A stretch of DNA of 50,084 bases from Desulfuromonas sp. (GTDB lineage Bacteria > Desulfobacterota > Desulfuromonadia > Desulfuromonadales > BM103). Positions 22,694-32,753 of the stretch are shown here, one piece after another. The notes under the pieces were generated by a model. The model saw only the letters and a list, made by a program, of their open reading frames with translations, searched no databases and was not told the origin of the DNA. Location of the stretch: NCBI GenBank assembly GCA_002869725.1, contig PKTY01000137.1, positions 1-50,084 of the forward strand, given 5' to 3'. Position 1 is the stretch's first letter. Every line of letters starts with the position of its first letter. A program made the position numbers and the translations under genes.

Positions 22694-23497
22694 ATGATCA
22701 AAATAGCCGTTACCGGTGCCGCCGGCCGCATGGGCCAGCGAATCATCAGTCTGGTCACCGAAGCCAACGAACTGATGGTCAGTGGCGCGGTGGAGATGCC
22801 GATCCACAAAGCCGTCGGCCAGGACGCAGGGCTTACCGCCGGCTGCGGGATGCTCGACCTCAAGATCACCGACAGCCTGGAACGGGCGATGCAGGTGAGT
22901 GACGTACTCATCGACTTCACCTTTCCCGAGGTGACTCTGGAGAATGCCGCGATCTGCTGTGAGCTGGGGAAACGGATGGTGGTCGGCTCGACCGGTTTCA
23001 CCGCAGAGCAGCGTGCCGAGCTCGCGCGTTATGCCCAGTCGATTCCCATCGTCTTCGCCCCCAACATGAGCGTCGGTGTCAATGTCTGCTTCAAGATTCT
23101 GAAAGACATCGCCAAGACTCTCGGCGACGGGTTCGATGTCGAAATCGTCGAACTGCATCACAACAAGAAAAAGGACTCCCCATCCGGCACTGCCGTGCGC
23201 ATGGGGGAGATCGCCGCCGAGGCTCTGGGGCGTGACTATCGAGAGGTCGCCAACTTTCACCGCGAAGGGATGTGCGGCGAACGAGACCACGACGAGATCG
23301 GCATGCAGACCGTGCGTGGTGGCGACATCGTCGGCGAGCACACCGTCTACTTCATCGGCATGGGGGAACGTATCGAGCTGACCCACCGGGCGATGAGCCG
23401 CGACATGTTCGCCCGGGGCGCGGTGCGCGCCGCGGCCTGGCTGGCCGGCAAGGCTCCTGGTCTCTACGACATGCAGGATGTGCTGGGGCTGAAATAG
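22694..23497 (+). CDS. dapB: 4-hydroxy-tetrahydrodipicolinate reductase
   Basis: GAAGRMG, IDFT, GSTG, ELHHNKKKDSPSGTA, RGGDIVGEH. Confidence 0.98.
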   Translation: MIKIAVTGAAGRMGQRIISLVTEANELMVSGAVEMPIHKAVGQDAGLTAGCGMLDLKITDSLERAMQVSDVLIDFTFPEVTLENAAICCELGKRMVVGSTGFTAEQRAELARYAQSIPIVFAPNMSVGVNVCFKILKDIAKTLGDGFDVEIVELHHNKKKDSPSGTAVRMGEIAAEALGRDYREVANFHREGMCGERDHDEIGMQTVRGGDIVGEHTVYFIGMGERIELTHRAMSRDMFARGAVRAAAWLAGKAPGLYDMQDVLGLK

Positions 23498-23505
23498 TGT
23501 ATTGC

Positions 23506-23574
23506 GTAGGGGCGCAGCTTGCTGCGCCCTGTTGTGAAAGGATAAAAATCGGGCGCAACATGTTGCGCCCCTAC
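23506..23574. repeat. Inverted pair of GTAG-type REP elements (REPIN-like)
   Basis: GTAGGGGCGCAGCTTGCTGCGCCCT (23506-23530) and GGGCGCAACATGTTGCGCCCCTAC (23551-23574; reverse complement starts GTAGGGGCGC). Confidence 0.85.
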
Positions 23575-23594
23575 ATTTCCGGAGGACTTTTTCG

Positions 23595-24830
23595 ATGGCC
23601 CGTATTAATGACAACTATCTGAAACTGAAAGCCGGCTACCTGTTTCCGGAGATCGGCCGCCGGGTTCGTGAATTTTCGGCGGCCAACCCCGAGGCCAAAA
23701 TCATCCGGCTCGGCATCGGCGATGTCACCCGCCCGCTGGCCCCCACCGTGCTCAAGGCGTTTCACGACGCCGTCGATGATCTTGGCACCAGCGACCGCTT
23801 CGCCGGCTATGGCCCCGAGCAGGGGTATGAGTGGCTGTCGCAGGTAATTATCGACAAGAGCTATCAGCCCCACGGTGTCGATCTCAAGGCCAGCGAGGTC
23901 TTTATCTCCGACGGCTCCAAATGCGACTGCGCCAACATCCTAGACATCTTCGCCCTCGACAACGTGGTCGCTATCGGCGACCCGGTCTACCCAGTCTACA
24001 ACGACACCAATGTCATGGTCGGCCGCACCGGCGAGGCCGATGACAAGGGCTACTACAAGGGGATCGTCTACATGCCCTTCACCGAGGCGAACAATTTCGT
24101 CCCGGATCTGCCCAAAGAAAAAGTCGACATTATTTACCTCTGCTTTCCGAACAACCCCACCGGTACTGTGGCGACCAAAGCGGAACTCAAGAAGTGGGTC
24201 GATTACGCTCTCGCCAACGATGCGATCATCTTTTTCGATGCCGCCTACGAGGCATTCATCACTACGCCCGGCATCCCGCACTCGATCTACGAGGTCGAAG
24301 GGGCCAAGCAGTGCGCCATCGAGTTCCGCTCCTTTTCGAAAACCGCAGGTTTTACCGGGGTGCGCTGCGGCCTGGTGGTCGTCCCCGAGGAGTTGACCGG
24401 AACCACCGCAGCCGGCGAGAAATTCAGTCTCAACAAGCTCTGGAACCGACGGATCACCACCAAATTCAACGGCGCCTCCTACCCGGTGCAGCGCGCTGCG
24501 GCCGCCGTCTACTCGGAGCAGGGCTGGCAGGAGACCAGGCAGATCATCGACTACTATATGGACAACGCCCGCATCATCCGTGAAGGGCTTATGGAGGCCG
24601 GCATCACCTGCTACGGCGGAGTCGATTCCCCTTACATCTGGTTGAAAACCCCCAAGGGCCTCTCCTCATGGGACTTCTTCGACAAACTGCTCACTGAGTG
24701 TTTTGTGGTCGGCACTCCCGGCTCCGGGTTCGGGCCGAGCGGCGAAGGCTATTTCAGGCTTTCCGCCTTCGGCGACAAGGAGAATGTCAAGACCGCCGTC
24801 CAGCGCATCAGGGACAAGTGGGGTCAGTAG
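23595..24830 (+). CDS. dapL: LL-diaminopimelate aminotransferase
   Basis: [56 protein letters not shown]. Confidence 0.97.
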   Translation: MARINDNYLKLKAGYLFPEIGRRVREFSAANPEAKIIRLGIGDVTRPLAPTVLKAFHDAVDDLGTSDRFAGYGPEQGYEWLSQVIIDKSYQPHGVDLKASEVFISDGSKCDCANILDIFALDNVVAIGDPVYPVYNDTNVMVGRTGEADDKGYYKGIVYMPFTEANNFVPDLPKEKVDIIYLCFPNNPTGTVATKAELKKWVDYALANDAIIFFDAAYEAFITTPGIPHSIYEVEGAKQCAIEFRSFSKTAGFTGVRCGLVVVPEELTGTTAAGEKFSLNKLWNRRITTKFNGASYPVQRAAAAVYSEQGWQETRQIIDYYMDNARIIREGLMEAGITCYGGVDSPYIWLKTPKGLSSWDFFDKLLTECFVVGTPGSGFGPSGEGYFRLSAFGDKENVKTAVQRIRDKWGQ

Positions 24831-24839
24831 TCACCCGTC

Positions 24840-24875
24840 ACACCGGAGAGCAGACGATGCTCTCCGGTGTTTTTT
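24840..24875 (+). terminator. Rho-independent terminator after dapL
   Basis: ACACCGGAGAGCA-gacga-TGCTCTCCGGTGT stem followed by T run. Confidence 0.85.
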
Positions 24876-24895
24876 CAAGTTCGTGAAAACAATCG

Positions 24896-27442
24896 ATGCG
24901 CAGCTACCTCGTCGGACTTTACCGCAGCCTCATCCTGGACCACCCACGCATAACCCTGCTGGTGGTCACGCTGCTCGCCATCATGACCGGAATCTTTGCC
25001 AAGGATTTCCGTCTGGATGCCTCGGCCGACTCTCTGGTTCTCGAGAGCGACAACGACCTCCGCTACTACCGCTCGGTTCGCACCCAGTATGGCCAGGACG
25101 ATTTTCTGGTCATCAGTTACAGTCCACACCAGGGTCTGTTCACCGAGCAATCCCTCGATAACCTGCGTCGACTGCGCAACAGTCTCAGGGAGATCGATCG
25201 GGTCAAGTCGGTTACCACCATCCTTGACGTACCATTGATCGACAGTCCACAGCTAACATTCAGCGAGCTGCAACGAGAGGTTCGCACCCTGGAAAGTCCG
25301 GGCATCGATCTCGACCTGGCCCGCAGCGAATTCGCCAGCAGCCCTCTCTATCGTGACTTGCTGGTCAGCGCCGATGGACGGACCACGGCGCTGCAAATCA
25401 CCTTCCGCACTGACGAAACCTATTACCAGCTCCTCAACCGCCGCAATACCCTGCGTGACAAACAGCAGACAACCGGCCTGACTCGTCTGGAGGAGCAGGA
25501 GTTGCGAGTCGCCAGTCAGGCTTTCAAGGACTACAGCGCCGCCCAGTCAGACCAACAGAGCCTCGACATTGCCAGAATCAGAGAGATTTTAACCGACTTC
25601 CGTCAACAGGCCGACATTCACCTTGGCGGCGTGCCGATGATCGCCTCAGACATGATCGACTTCATTCGGCACGATCTGGTCAAGTTCGGAGTGGCGGTGC
25701 TGGTCTTCCTCGCCAGCATGCTGATGCTGATTTTCCACCGGCCACGCTGGGTGCTGATCCCCCTGGTCTGCTGCTTCGCCACCGTACTGTTCATGTTCGG
25801 CTTCCTCGGGCTGGTCGAATGGCGGGTCACGGTGGTCTCCTCAAATTTCATCTCCCTGTTGCTGATCATTACCCTGTCGATGACCGTCCACCTTATTGAG
25901 CGCTACAACGAGTTGTACCGCCTCAACCCACAGGCCAGCCAAAATCAACTGGTCATGGAGATGGTCGGCAGCAAGGTCTATCCAAGTCTCTACACCTCCC
26001 TGACCACCATAGTCGCCTTCATTTCTCTGCTGGTCAGCGACATCCGTCCGATTATCGATTTCGGCTGGATGATGGCCATCGGTATCGTGATCGCCTTTCT
26101 GCTCAGCTTCACCCTGATGCCAGCCGGATTGGTCCTGCTTGAGCCTCGGGGCTTCTCCCATCGCTACGACATCACCGGAGCCATTACCCGGCGTTGCGCC
26201 CACTGGATCGAAGATCACAGTAAGACAACCCTTATGGCTTACGGGCTGGTGGCTATCTTCAGCCTGATCGGGCTGAGTCGCCTGACCGTCGAGAATCGCT
26301 TCATCGACAATTTCAAAAAAGAGACGGAAATCTACCAGGGGATGGAACTGATCGATCGCCAGCTAGGCGGCACCATCCCCCTCGAAGTTATTATCGATGC
26401 CGACCCGGCTTCCGAATCTGTCAGTACGGGGGATGGCGATTTCCAAGACCCTTTCGACGACCCATTTGATGACCCGTTCGCAGCGGAGAATGACTCGGTT
26501 GCCGGCATGACCGCCAGCAGCTACTGGTTCAACAGTTACCGACTGGAGACCGTCGAGGCCATTCACGATTACCTCGATGCCCTTCCGGAGAGTGGCAAGG
26601 TCATGTCGCTGGCCACCACAACCCGCATGCTGCGTCTGCTCAATAACGGCAAGCCCCTCGATGACGTGCTCCTTTCGGTGGTTCATAAAAAACTCCCCCC
26701 AGAAATCGACCGCAACCTGTTTGCCCCTTACCTGGCCGACGATGGCAATCAGGTGCGCTTCAACCTGCGGGTCTTCGAATCCGACCCATCTTTGCGCCGC
26801 AACGAATTCATCAAACAGGTTAGACAGCAACTGCTGGAGAAGTTCGATCTCAAACCGGAACAGCTGCATCTCTCCGGCATGCTGGTTCTCTACAACAACG
26901 TGCTGCAGAGCCTGTTCAAATCCCAGATTCAAACCATCGGCGCGGTGTTTCTCGCCATCATGGTCATGTTCTTCATTCTTTTTCGCTCCCTGCGTCTGGC
27001 CATTCTGGCGATCATCCCCAACATGATGTCGGCGCTGATCATCCTCGGCCTTATGGGCTGGCTCGGCATCCCTCTCGACATCATGACCATCACCATTGCT
27101 GCCATCACCATCGGCATCGCCGTGGACGATACCATTCACTATGTGCATCGCTTCTCGAAGGAGCTGACCAAGGATCTCGATCATGTAGCCGCCATGCATC
27201 GCACCCATGCCAGTGTGGGGCGCGCCATGTTCTACACGTCGATCGTCATTATTTCCGGTTTCTCGATTCTGACGCTCTCCAACTTCATGCCGACCATCTA
27301 CTTCGGGCTGTTTACCAGCCTGGCCATGGCCGTCGCTATGTTCGCCAACCTGACCCTGCTGGCGATCCTGCTGATGGTAATTCGCCCCAAAAAAGTCTGC
27401 TGGTTACCGGGAAACAACAGGACTAAGGGTGCTCCCTCTTGA
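24896..27442 (+). CDS. MMPL/RND family transporter
   Basis: Two TM bundles with large periplasmic loops; LTTIVAF, IGIAVDDTIH, FGLFTS. Confidence 0.9.
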   Translation: MRSYLVGLYRSLILDHPRITLLVVTLLAIMTGIFAKDFRLDASADSLVLESDNDLRYYRSVRTQYGQDDFLVISYSPHQGLFTEQSLDNLRRLRNSLREIDRVKSVTTILDVPLIDSPQLTFSELQREVRTLESPGIDLDLARSEFASSPLYRDLLVSADGRTTALQITFRTDETYYQLLNRRNTLRDKQQTTGLTRLEEQELRVASQAFKDYSAAQSDQQSLDIARIREILTDFRQQADIHLGGVPMIASDMIDFIRHDLVKFGVAVLVFLASMLMLIFHRPRWVLIPLVCCFATVLFMFGFLGLVEWRVTVVSSNFISLLLIITLSMTVHLIERYNELYRLNPQASQNQLVMEMVGSKVYPSLYTSLTTIVAFISLLVSDIRPIIDFGWMMAIGIVIAFLLSFTLMPAGLVLLEPRGFSHRYDITGAITRRCAHWIEDHSKTTLMAYGLVAIFSLIGLSRLTVENRFIDNFKKETEIYQGMELIDRQLGGTIPLEVIIDADPASESVSTGDGDFQDPFDDPFDDPFAAENDSVAGMTASSYWFNSYRLETVEAIHDYLDALPESGKVMSLATTTRMLRLLNNGKPLDDVLLSVVHKKLPPEIDRNLFAPYLADDGNQVRFNLRVFESDPSLRRNEFIKQVRQQLLEKFDLKPEQLHLSGMLVLYNNVLQSLFKSQIQTIGAVFLAIMVMFFILFRSLRLAILAIIPNMMSALIILGLMGWLGIPLDIMTITIAAITIGIAVDDTIHYVHRFSKELTKDLDHVAAMHRTHASVGRAMFYTSIVIISGFSILTLSNFMPTIYFGLFTSLAMAVAMFANLTLLAILLMVIRPKKVCWLPGNNRTKGAPS

Positions 27443-27831
27443 AAAAGATCCTGATTATCGATGACGACCGGCTTTTTTTGAAATTCATTACCGAGTACGT
27501 CACTGACAACTACCCTGCCCTGGAGCTGATCACCTGCGAGAACTCGCTTCAGGGGCTCCCTTTGATCTCCGCCGATCTCGATCTGCTGCTCCTCGATCTG
27601 GAGCTCCCCGACATGGATGGTCGAAAACTCCTGGAATATGCCAAGGCAAAGGGCGTCAGTAAGTCCTGCATCATCATCCTCTCCGGCCGTGATGCCGACT
27701 ATCTGCACAAGCTATTCCCGATGGGGGAATGCCTGGCCGTCCTCAACAAGCACGAGGCCCGCCAGAAGGCTGTCCTCGACATGGTCTTCACCGCTTTGCA
27801 GCAAAAGGCCAGCGCGTCTCAACATGGCTAA
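27439..27831 (+). CDS. Single-domain response regulator (REC)
   Basis: KKILIIDDD, LLDLELPDMDG, IILSG; TTG start overlapping MMPL stop. Confidence 0.85.
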   Translation: MKKILIIDDDRLFLKFITEYVTDNYPALELITCENSLQGLPLISADLDLLLLDLELPDMDGRKLLEYAKAKGVSKSCIIILSGRDADYLHKLFPMGECLAVLNKHEARQKAVLDMVFTALQQKASASQHG

Positions 27832-27870
27832 CCTTTCCCCATCTCCTGTCATGATTCCGGAGCGACAGAC

Positions 27871-29754
27871 TTGGCCCTGATCTCCCTGCGAAACATCCAC
27901 CTCTCCTTTGGCGGTCCGCCGCTACTCGACGATGTTTCCCTGCAGATCGAGCGAGGAGAGCGGATCGGCCTGCTCGGACGCAACGGCACCGGCAAATCGA
28001 CTCTGCTCAGGGTGTTGGCCGACACACAGCTCCCCGACGCAGGGGTCATTGACCGCCAACCCGGGCTGCGCGTCGCCTGCCTGGCCCAGGATGTCCCCCG
28101 GGATCTTTGCGGTTGCGTATTCGACCTGGTCGCCACCGGCCTTGGCCAAACCGGGGAACTGCTTGGCCGTTACCGGACAATCAGCAGACTCATCGAAGAG
28201 GGGCAGAGTCAAAAAGTCGCCGAACTGAGCGACATCCAGCATGCCATCGAAACGACCGGCGGCTGGCCCTGCCAGCAGCAGATAGAGCAAGCCCTCTCCC
28301 AGTTGCGGCTCGATCCCGACCTGCCGGTCCAGTCTCTGTCGGGAGGTGTGTTGCGCCGCTCTCTGCTGGCCCGCGCCCTGGCTGCCGACCCGGACATCCT
28401 GCTCCTCGATGAGCCGACCAACCATCTGGATATCGAGTCGATCTGCTGGCTGGAGCAGTTTCTGCTGCGCGACAACCGAGCACTGGTGTTCGTGACTCAC
28501 GACCGTTCCTTCCTGCGGACCATGGCGACACGGATTGTCGAACTCGACCGTGGCCGAACACTTGACCTGACTTGCAGCTACGACACTTTTCTCGAGCGCA
28601 AGGAGGCACTGCTGCAGGCTGAGGCTCAGGAATGGGCGCGTTTCGACAAGAGACTGAGCGAGGAAGAGGTCTGGATTCGCAAGGGGATCAAGGCGCGCCG
28701 AACCCGCAACGAAGGGCGTGTGCGCGCCCTCAAGCAGATGCGCGAAGAGCGGCGGCAAAGACGCGAGCGATCCGGGAATGCCCGTCTGCAGCTGCATCAA
28801 GCTGAGCGCAGCGGCAAACTGGTCGTCGAAGTCGACAGCCTGGATTTTTCTTTTGCCAAGCAGCCGTTGATCCGTGATTTCTCCACCAGAGTGCTGCGCG
28901 GAGACCGCATCGGTATCATCGGCCCCAATGGCGCCGGCAAAACCACCCTGATCAAGCTGCTTCTCGGCGAGCTTGAGCCACAACAGGGCACGGTTCGCCA
29001 TGGAACCAACCTGCAGGTGCTCTACTTCGATCAACTGCGCGATCAGCTCGATCCTGATCTGACCGTGCAGCAGAACCTGTCAGGGGACCAGGACCATCTG
29101 CTGGTGGGGGGGCGTTCCCGCCATGTTTTCGGTTACCTGCGCGATTTCCTGTTTACCCCCGACCGGGCCCGCACGCCGGTACGCATCCTGTCTGGCGGCG
29201 AGCGCAACCGGCTGCTGCTGGCGCGGCTGTTTAGCCGCGAAGCCAATGTGCTGGTTCTCGATGAGCCGACCAACGACCTCGACCTGGAAACTCTCGACCT
29301 CCTTGAGGAGTTGCTGGCCGATTTTCAGGGGACCTTGTTCCTGGTCAGCCACGACAGGGACTTTCTGAACCAGGTGGTCACCAGTACTATCGTCTTTGAG
29401 GGTGAGGGCCAGGTCCGTGAATATGTCGGTGGGTACGACGACTGGCAGCGACAGCGGCCGGCCGCCGTCGCTGCAGCAAATCCCAAGCCGGCGCTTCGCG
29501 ACAACTCAGGCCGGGAACGTCCGCGCAGACTCACCTTCAAGGAACGTCAGGAGCTTGATGGCCTGCCGGAACATATTGAGCGGCTGGAGACTGAGCAGAC
29601 CCGTCTGCACCAAAAGTTGTCAGATCCGGATCTCTACAGAGACTCCGGAAACGAAGTCAGCAGACTGACGACTCAGCTGCAACAGGTCGAGCAGACGCTT
29701 GAGGAACTTCTGGTGCGCTGGGAAGAGCTGGAGTCCATCTCCCGCCAACAATAA
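27871..29754 (+). CDS. uup: ABC-F family ATPase Uup
   Basis: Two ABC domains (GRNGTGKS, GPNGAGKT, LDEPTN twice), WIRKGIKARRTRNEGRVRAL linker, C-terminal coiled coil. Confidence 0.92.
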   Translation: MALISLRNIHLSFGGPPLLDDVSLQIERGERIGLLGRNGTGKSTLLRVLADTQLPDAGVIDRQPGLRVACLAQDVPRDLCGCVFDLVATGLGQTGELLGRYRTISRLIEEGQSQKVAELSDIQHAIETTGGWPCQQQIEQALSQLRLDPDLPVQSLSGGVLRRSLLARALAADPDILLLDEPTNHLDIESICWLEQFLLRDNRALVFVTHDRSFLRTMATRIVELDRGRTLDLTCSYDTFLERKEALLQAEAQEWARFDKRLSEEEVWIRKGIKARRTRNEGRVRALKQMREERRQRRERSGNARLQLHQAERSGKLVVEVDSLDFSFAKQPLIRDFSTRVLRGDRIGIIGPNGAGKTTLIKLLLGELEPQQGTVRHGTNLQVLYFDQLRDQLDPDLTVQQNLSGDQDHLLVGGRSRHVFGYLRDFLFTPDRARTPVRILSGGERNRLLLARLFSREANVLVLDEPTNDLDLETLDLLEELLADFQGTLFLVSHDRDFLNQVVTSTIVFEGEGQVREYVGGYDDWQRQRPAAVAAANPKPALRDNSGRERPRRLTFKERQELDGLPEHIERLETEQTRLHQKLSDPDLYRDSGNEVSRLTTQLQQVEQTLEELLVRWEELESISRQQ

Positions 29755-29822
29755 TCCGCGCGGACAACTCACTCTGCCACTAACGAGACACGCTTGCTGT
29801 GGTCGACCCTGAGCAGAAAATC

Positions 29823-30770
29823 ATGGCAGATCACCACGTGACGGATTTAACGACTGACTGGTCCCCCCTCCCTGGCTGCCTCGACCAGCCGGAAACGCCA
29901 GTCCCGCTGACACGACGCCAGTTGCGCCTATGGCAGCTGACTCTGGAAGCTCGCGGCTTTCCGGTTCGGACCGAACAGACTGCAAACGGCTGGCAGATTC
30001 TGGTCCCAGCCGAGACGTTCGAAGAAGCCATCTTTGAGCTGCAACAGTACCAGCGGGAGAATCATGGTTGGCCACCGCCGCTTCCACCCCCCATCCAGCT
30101 GATTGACAACCGCCTCACTACTCTCTGGGTCCTGATTGCCATCGGTCTCTTTCATAACCTCACCATGCGACAGGGACTGCCGTTCACATCGGCCCTCATC
30201 GACTGGACAGCCATCGGCAATGCCCACGCCGGAAAAATCCTCGATGGCGAGTGGTGGCGGCTGATCACTGCCCTGACCCTCCACAGCAGCGGATTGCACT
30301 TTTTGAGCAACCTGGTTTTCGGCGGAGTCTTCATCATGCGCCTGTGCCGACTGCTCGGTTCAGGTCTGGGCTGGAGCCTGACCCTGGCCAGCGGCATCGG
30401 CGGCAACCTCGCCAACGCCTGGCTACAGGCGGCTAATCATCGGGCGGTCGGCGCCTCGACAGCCGTCTTCGGGGCGGTCGGCCTGCTGGCGGCAATCAGC
30501 ATGATCCGCTATCGCCACAACTTGCGGCCACAGCGCCGCTGGGCTCTGCCGCTCGCTGCCGGGGCCGGATTGCTGGCCATGCTCGGCACCGGCGGCGAGA
30601 ACACCGATCTCGGCGCCCACCTTTGGGGCTTTGTCTGCGGGCTGCTGATCGGCGCAGCGGTGGAAGTCTTGAGGGAACGTCGGGAGAGAAACCGAGCATG
30701 GCTCGGCTGGCTCAGCGGATCAGCCAGTATCGCTTTGGTCATCGCAGCCTGGTACGTTGCTCTGGGATAA
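29823..30770 (+). CDS. Rhomboid family intramembrane serine protease
   Basis: GEWWRLITA, H..SN, GASTAVFG, DLGAHLWG; start uncertain (29799 or 29823). Confidence 0.9.
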   Translation: MADHHVTDLTTDWSPLPGCLDQPETPVPLTRRQLRLWQLTLEARGFPVRTEQTANGWQILVPAETFEEAIFELQQYQRENHGWPPPLPPPIQLIDNRLTTLWVLIAIGLFHNLTMRQGLPFTSALIDWTAIGNAHAGKILDGEWWRLITALTLHSSGLHFLSNLVFGGVFIMRLCRLLGSGLGWSLTLASGIGGNLANAWLQAANHRAVGASTAVFGAVGLLAAISMIRYRHNLRPQRRWALPLAAGAGLLAMLGTGGENTDLGAHLWGFVCGLLIGAAVEVLRERRERNRAWLGWLSGSASIALVIAAWYVALG

Positions 30771-30820
30771 CAAAAACCAACGCGCTATGGCGCCAAGGAA
30801 ATACTTCGGGAAGAAACACG

Positions 30821-31387
30821 CTAATGGATCCCGAGGTAGATGACCATCACCGGAAATACCGTCAGGTTCACCCCCACCATGGCGTTGATGGCGATGCGAA
30901 CGATCATCTGCGCCGCTGAATCAGGGGGCTGCTCGGTTCCGTTGCGTAGGTCGACATAGCCGACCGGTACCGGAAAACCGCAATACAGGTGATGCCTCCC
31001 GCCCTGATAAATGTGGCTGGTCATCTTGTAGCCGAAAAAAAATCCGAAACCGCAGCAGAGCAGGGTAAAGAAGATCAGGGGGATGGTTACGGGGTCGTCG
31101 TGCAACAGCAGGCGGTAAAGGAAGAAGATATTGAATACCAGGATAGCCGCGCTCAACCCCAATATCGACCAGCGGGCCAGACTCCAAAAAATGGAACGTT
31201 TGAGCCATCGTGACCTGCGGCGACGGGCAACACGCTCGTCGATCTCCTCGTTGGACAGTCCACGCTCCAAGAGAGCCTGGCGACCGACCTCCTCGTCGAC
31301 GGCTTCCTCGTCGGCGAGAAGATCGAGCAGGTAGCCGGTCGGCAGATCCCGCAGATATTCGCGATGTTTCGGGTCGGTGTAATGCAT
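30821..31387 (-). CDS. Hypothetical membrane protein
   Basis: Helical N-terminus and three hydrophobic segments; LYCGFPVPVG; no family recognised; start uncertain. Confidence 0.7.
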   Translation of the reverse strand: MHYTDPKHREYLRDLPTGYLLDLLADEEAVDEEVGRQALLERGLSNEEIDERVARRRRSRWLKRSIFWSLARWSILGLSAAILVFNIFFLYRLLLHDDPVTIPLIFFTLLCCGFGFFFGYKMTSHIYQGGRHHLYCGFPVPVGYVDLRNGTEQPPDSAAQMIVRIAINAMVGVNLTVFPVMVIYLGIH

Positions 31388-31447
31388 GCGGGAGTGAATA
31401 TACCCCAAGTAGATTAATGCAGTTAGTAGCAGAACCCGGTCGGCCTG

Positions 31448-31879
31448 TCAAAGGTCTTCATTGCAGGCTGCCGCGAGGCCTCCAAGACTCTCCGCCACTT
31501 TGTGGCAAAGCCGCTCGGCTTCTCCATCGGGATAGGGGCGAGCAGGAAGCAGGCCCCAGACCGGCTTCGGCCAGGCCGGGTCGTTGTGATACCTGACGAC
31601 GTGGTGAATGTGCAGCTGCGGCACCAGATTGCCGAGAGCGGCGACATTGATCTTGTCGGCGCAAAAAAGCCTGGCCAGAGCCTGGGACAAAACTGATGAT
31701 TCCTTGATGAACTGCTGCTGGTCAGCGTCATCGAGCTGGTAGATCTCGGTGATCTCATGCCGACGCGGCACCAGGATCAGCCAGGGATAGTTGCTATCGT
31801 TCATCAGCAGCAGTCGACACAGAGGAAGGTCGCCGACAGTCAGTGTGTCCTGGGCGAGCTGTGGATGGAGGGTGAACAT
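31448..31879 (-). CDS. HIT family protein
   Basis: FTLHPQLAQDT, YPWLILVP, KINVAALGNLVPQLHIHH. Confidence 0.92.
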   Translation of the reverse strand: MFTLHPQLAQDTLTVGDLPLCRLLLMNDSNYPWLILVPRRHEITEIYQLDDADQQQFIKESSVLSQALARLFCADKINVAALGNLVPQLHIHHVVRYHNDPAWPKPVWGLLPARPYPDGEAERLCHKVAESLGGLAAACNEDL

Positions 31880-31891
31880 CGGGCAACTCCG

Positions 31892-32593
31892 TCAGTGTTG
31901 GTCAGTGATCAGATTGATGAGCGGACTGGTAGAGAGTTTGAGCCGGTCAAGCAGGGCAGAGGCCTGGTCCGAGCTGCAGCGATGCAATGCATGCTGTCGC
32001 GTGAGCCAGACCAGCAGGGGCAGGTTGCCGCTCGCCCCCCAGCCACACGCCTGCTGCATACTGACCAGCAGTTGCTGTTCCAGTTGCCGGGCGAGGTCCT
32101 GAGAAGAAGCCAGGTAATGGGTCGGCCAGGCGACCAGTTGCGGGTCGAGGCTCTGCTGAAAAAGTCTTTGGTCGAGCGGATCGAGTTCGCTCAGGTCGAT
32201 GCCGCACCAGCCAGGCGGGCGTGTGGCGAGCAAGGCCCGGCAGGAGAGTGGCCGCTGCCCATAGATGGTGCAGCTGCGGTCTGCACCGAGAAACGGGCAA
32301 GGCCCGAGGTCAAGACGATGCCGACGCAGATACTCCGGCAGACTCTTTAGTTCGCCGCTTGCGACGTGCAGTCGTTCGACGTAGATGCCAAGAGCCCGCT
32401 GCTGGTTTTGGTCGAGTTCGACCGCGATGATGGCGGCTTCCGGCAAGCTGCAGTGGACAGCGAGCTGGCAACAGGCGCTGCAAGCGGACTGGCAGTAGAG
32501 GCGGGTGGTCGGATGCGAGGCTCGCCAGTGGCCGATGAAATCGTCCAGCTGCCGAAACGACGCGGCGATTCGTTCGCCCAGTTCGGTTTCCAT
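31892..32593 (-). CDS. YkgJ-like cysteine cluster (Zn/Fe-chelating) protein
   Basis: CQSACSACC, CPFL, CTIYGQRPLSCR. Confidence 0.85.
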   Translation of the reverse strand: METELGERIAASFRQLDDFIGHWRASHPTTRLYCQSACSACCQLAVHCSLPEAAIIAVELDQNQQRALGIYVERLHVASGELKSLPEYLRRHRLDLGPCPFLGADRSCTIYGQRPLSCRALLATRPPGWCGIDLSELDPLDQRLFQQSLDPQLVAWPTHYLASSQDLARQLEQQLLVSMQQACGWGASGNLPLLVWLTRQHALHRCSSDQASALLDRLKLSTSPLINLITDQH

Positions 32594-32753
32594 GGCGCAG
32601 AACTTATGTCAAAATGCCCGGCAAGGCAAGCTCACAGAGCCCCCGGGAGCTGACTTTATGCTGGTATCGGCGGCTGAGGTTCGCTAAATTTAAGGCTTCG
32701 ACACGAAACCCTGGATTGTCTCGATCCCCCCCCCATTGAAGACTGGAGAGAGC

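Noticed and set aside
23498..23594. Repeat pair as a mini CRISPR array
   Set aside because: Only two units, in inverted orientation, with no cas genes; fits REP elements
26438..26479. DPF tandem repeat as eukaryote-like AP2-binding motif or contingency locus
   Set aside because: Codons differ between units and it lies in an acidic loop; low-complexity linker is the simpler explanation
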